Shown piece after piece: positions 29,856 through 32,000 of a stretch of 32,000 bases of DNA. The stretch spans positions 180,001-212,000 of the forward strand of contig JBGQBI010000001.1 in NCBI GenBank assembly GCA_041494705.1, written 5' to 3'. Within the stretch, counting starts at the first letter, position 1; each line of letters begins with the position of its first letter. Under the pieces are notes generated by a model. It made no database searches. It was not told the DNA's origin and worked only from the letters and a program-made list of their open reading frames with translations. The DNA is from Candidatus Methanoperedens sp. GTDB lineage: Archaea; Halobacteriota; Methanosarcinia; Methanosarcinales; Methanoperedenaceae. A program made the translations under genes and the position numbers.

Positions 29856-30833
29856 CTACGTTAATTTATTCGGGTCCATGACACACGTCAGTACAGCCGT
29901 AACCTTGACATGGCCAGCAAGAGATTCGTCCACATTCGCGCCCCAGACGATACGCCCTGTGTTCGGGGCTTTCTGGAGAATGATTTCACCGGCCTGTGTG
30001 ACCTCACCGAGTGTCATATCCTCGCCGCCTGAGATATGTACCAGCACCCCGTATGTTCCCGAGATGTCAGAGACATCAAGGAGCGGCGTGGAAAGCGCCT
30101 GTTCCATTGCCTTCTCAATGCGGTTTTCGCCTTCTGCCTCGCCTATGCCGATTGCGGATATGCCGCCCCGTTCCACAACGCTTCGCAGGTCTGAGTAGTC
30201 AAGGTTCACAAGGCTTGCCTGCGTGATTGTTTCGGTTATGTTCCTGATAAAATTGCCAACAAATTCATTCGCTACCGCAAAACCTTCACGGAGCGGGAGA
30301 GTGCCTGCAATGGCTCTCAGTCTTGAATTGTCTATAACTACCAGGGAATCGCATCTGTCAGCAAGAGCTTTTATGCCGAAAATCGCCTTCTTGCGCCTTA
30401 AAACTTCATAGCCGAACGGGAGGGTAACACAACCTATCGTCAGAATCCCGGCTTCACGTATGGCCTCGGCGATTACAGGCGCCGCTCCTGTTCCCGAACC
30501 TCCACCCATGCCTGCGATAATGAATACAAGGTTTGAATCCAAAAGTTCTTTTTTTATTTCGTTAAGGCTCTCCCGTGCAGCTTCAGTGCCTCGTTCTGCA
30601 AAACCGCCGCAGCCCTTCCCCTGATAGGTTTGCTCACCAAGGAGTATTTTCACATCGGCTTTTACAACCATCAAATGCGTTGCATCAGTATCAGCCGCAA
30701 TTATTTTACTTCCCACTATCTCTTTTTGCGCTATCCATGAAACGATATTGCATCCCGCACCGCCAAGACCGATTATTGCCACGGTGGGTTTTGCTGCGTT
30801 TGCAAGTTCGGAAATTCGTGAATCGAGTGTCAT
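29856..30833 (-). CDS. ftsZ: FtsZ/tubulin-family GTPase (atypical FtsZ paralogue B)
   Basis: 'IIGLGGAGCNIV', 'AGMGGGSGTGAAPV', 'NLDYSDLRSVV' and 'IVWGANVD' all fit the family. It is about 64% identical to paralogue A over the N-terminal GTPase region by hand alignment (66 of about 103 positions). Confidence 0.9.
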   Translation of the reverse strand: MTLDSRISELANAAKPTVAIIGLGGAGCNIVSWIAQKEIVGSKIIAADTDATHLMVVKADVKILLGEQTYQGKGCGGFAERGTEAARESLNEIKKELLDSNLVFIIAGMGGGSGTGAAPVIAEAIREAGILTIGCVTLPFGYEVLRRKKAIFGIKALADRCDSLVVIDNSRLRAIAGTLPLREGFAVANEFVGNFIRNITETITQASLVNLDYSDLRSVVERGGISAIGIGEAEGENRIEKAMEQALSTPLLDVSDISGTYGVLVHISGGEDMTLGEVTQAGEIILQKAPNTGRIVWGANVDESLAGHVKVTAVLTCVMDPNKLT

Positions 30834-30961
30834 TTATGTACCTCTTTTATATTTTTGTTACGAAGACCTACTTATATTATATCCTTCATAAGATTATATT
30901 TATCTCACTAATCCGCCATCATAAGATATATAACCCTTATTCAATAAGATTGCCAGGAACA

Positions 30962-32000
30962 ATGAGCAAAATAATCCTCGACCCCAACATCAAATACCTC
31001 GAAGGCACGCAGCGCGTCTTTGACCCGGAAACAACGCTTGCCAACACCACAAAGCTTCTTCCTGAAATCGGGGTGACGCGCATTGCGAACATCACAGACC
31101 TTGACCGCGTGGGCATTCCGGTTTTCTCAGCTATCAGGCCGAGCGCTGCGGCGGGAGCAATATCCATATACTCAGGAAAGGGAGCAACCGAGACCAATGC
31201 GAGGATATCCGCAATCATGGAAAGTTTTGAGCGCTGCCTTGCGGAGCAGCCCGAGGTCAGCATCAACCTCGGCGGAATTGAGCTTGGAACCGAAAGAGTG
31301 GCAGATACATACGAATCGCTCAGCGAGAGCTATCCCACATTATATCCGGATGCTCTTCTTTTGCCCCAGCCTCTGGCTGAGTTCACGAGCCTTGAATGGG
31401 TCAAGGGGGATGACATAATGAACGATGTTGAAGTGTTCGTGCCGGAAAATGCAGTTTTTCACCCATACAACCCACAAAACGGAAACAAGCTTTTCAGAAG
31501 CAACACCAACGGGCTTGCATCAGGAAATACAATTGAGGAGGCGGTGCTCCACGGCTTGCTTGAAGTAGTAGAAAGGGACGCGCTCAGCATTGCGGAATTC
31601 ACACGCAATCCCGGCAGGGAAATCGTGCTTTCTGAGAGCGATGGGCTGAATTACGAATTGAAACGGAAAATGGAAGAAGCAGGAATCAAGGTCAAGGTCT
31701 GGCTGCTTGGCTCTGATGTGGATATTCCCACAGTCGTTACCGCGCTTGATGATACTGTCCTGAAAGACCCCGCTTTGCTGGTCATGGGAGCAGGTGCGCA
31801 TCTCTCGCCTGAGATAGCGGTAACACGGGCGCTCACCGAGGCAGCGCAGAGCCGTGTGGTCCAGATACATGGCGCGCGCGAGGATACGGACAGGGAGCAG
31901 GTGGTGCGGACATTCGGCTATGACCACATGAAAAAGATGAACAGCTACTGGTATGAGGAGCTGGAGCCCGTCCGGATGGATGATTTGAAAGACGGTTCAG
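30962..32000 (+). CDS. ycaO: YcaO-domain protein (methanogenesis marker 1 type), 3' end beyond the window
   Basis: It is not in the ORF track because no stop is reached. My translation is open from the ATG at 30962 to nt 32000. It reads 'GVTRIANITDLDRVGIPVFSAIRP...GKGATETNARISAIMESFERC' and 'SNTNGLASGNTIEEAVLHGLLEVVERDALSI', which are classic YcaO motifs. Confidence 0.9.
   Translation, partial: MSKIILDPNIKYLEGTQRVFDPETTLANTTKLLPEIGVTRIANITDLDRVGIPVFSAIRPSAAAGAISIYSGKGATETNARISAIMESFERCLAEQPEVSINLGGIELGTERVADTYESLSESYPTLYPDALLLPQPLAEFTSLEWVKGDDIMNDVEVFVPENAVFHPYNPQNGNKLFRSNTNGLASGNTIEEAVLHGLLEVVERDALSIAEFTRNPGREIVLSESDGLNYELKRKMEEAGIKVKVWLLGSDVDIPTVVTALDDTVLKDPALLVMGAGAHLSPEIAVTRALTEAAQSRVVQIHGAREDTDREQVVRTFGYDHMKKMNSYWYEELEPVRMDDLKDGS

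Noticed and set aside
29749-30411. Plus-strand ORFs 29749-30198, 30011-30226 and 30223-30411. The same applies to 28963-29451.
   Set aside because: They are antisense shadows of the FtsZ paralogue B and GXGXG genes.

Overview
This window is archaeal chromosomal DNA. The gene content points to a methanogen or ANME-type euryarchaeote, but I cannot fix the lineage without a database search. Supporting genes include methanogenesis-marker genes (marker 14, and YcaO = marker 1), the archaeal aroA'/aroB' shikimate entry steps, NAC, an archaeal A24 prepilin/preflagellin-type peptidase, and a psd-pssA lipid pair.

The centre holds a complete 16S-tRNA(Ala)-23S-5S rRNA operon at about 16.6-21.5 kb. Long processing helices flank it, and the 16S helix carries a canonical 3-4-3 bulge-helix-bulge motif. 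A tRNA-Thr(CGT) follows the operon. Most remaining genes are housekeeping: DinB/Dpo4, HypA, IscA-like, TrmJ-like, APC permease, FAD oxidoreductase and a glutamate-synthase-domain protein.

Several things stand out:
- A low-GC three-gene minus-strand cassette at 27.2-28.9 kb. It encodes an unlisted RHH-like small ORF, a minimal-nucleotidyltransferase-like protein and a 317-aa orphan. It looks like an undescribed toxin-antitoxin or defence-type module.
- Two closely related, atypical FtsZ-family paralogues. Each sits directly upstream of a different glutamate-synthase-domain gene.
- A 13-Cys, internally repeated 339-aa protein that follows a TusA-like gene and overlaps hypA by 8 nt.
- A DUF4258-like / zinc-ribbon-AbrB fusion TA pair.
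- A decayed UPF0016-type pseudogene.
- A YcaO gene that runs off the window end and is therefore missing from the ORF track.

No CRISPR array or transposase was seen. All family assignments rest on motif recognition from memory and need HMM or BLAST confirmation.
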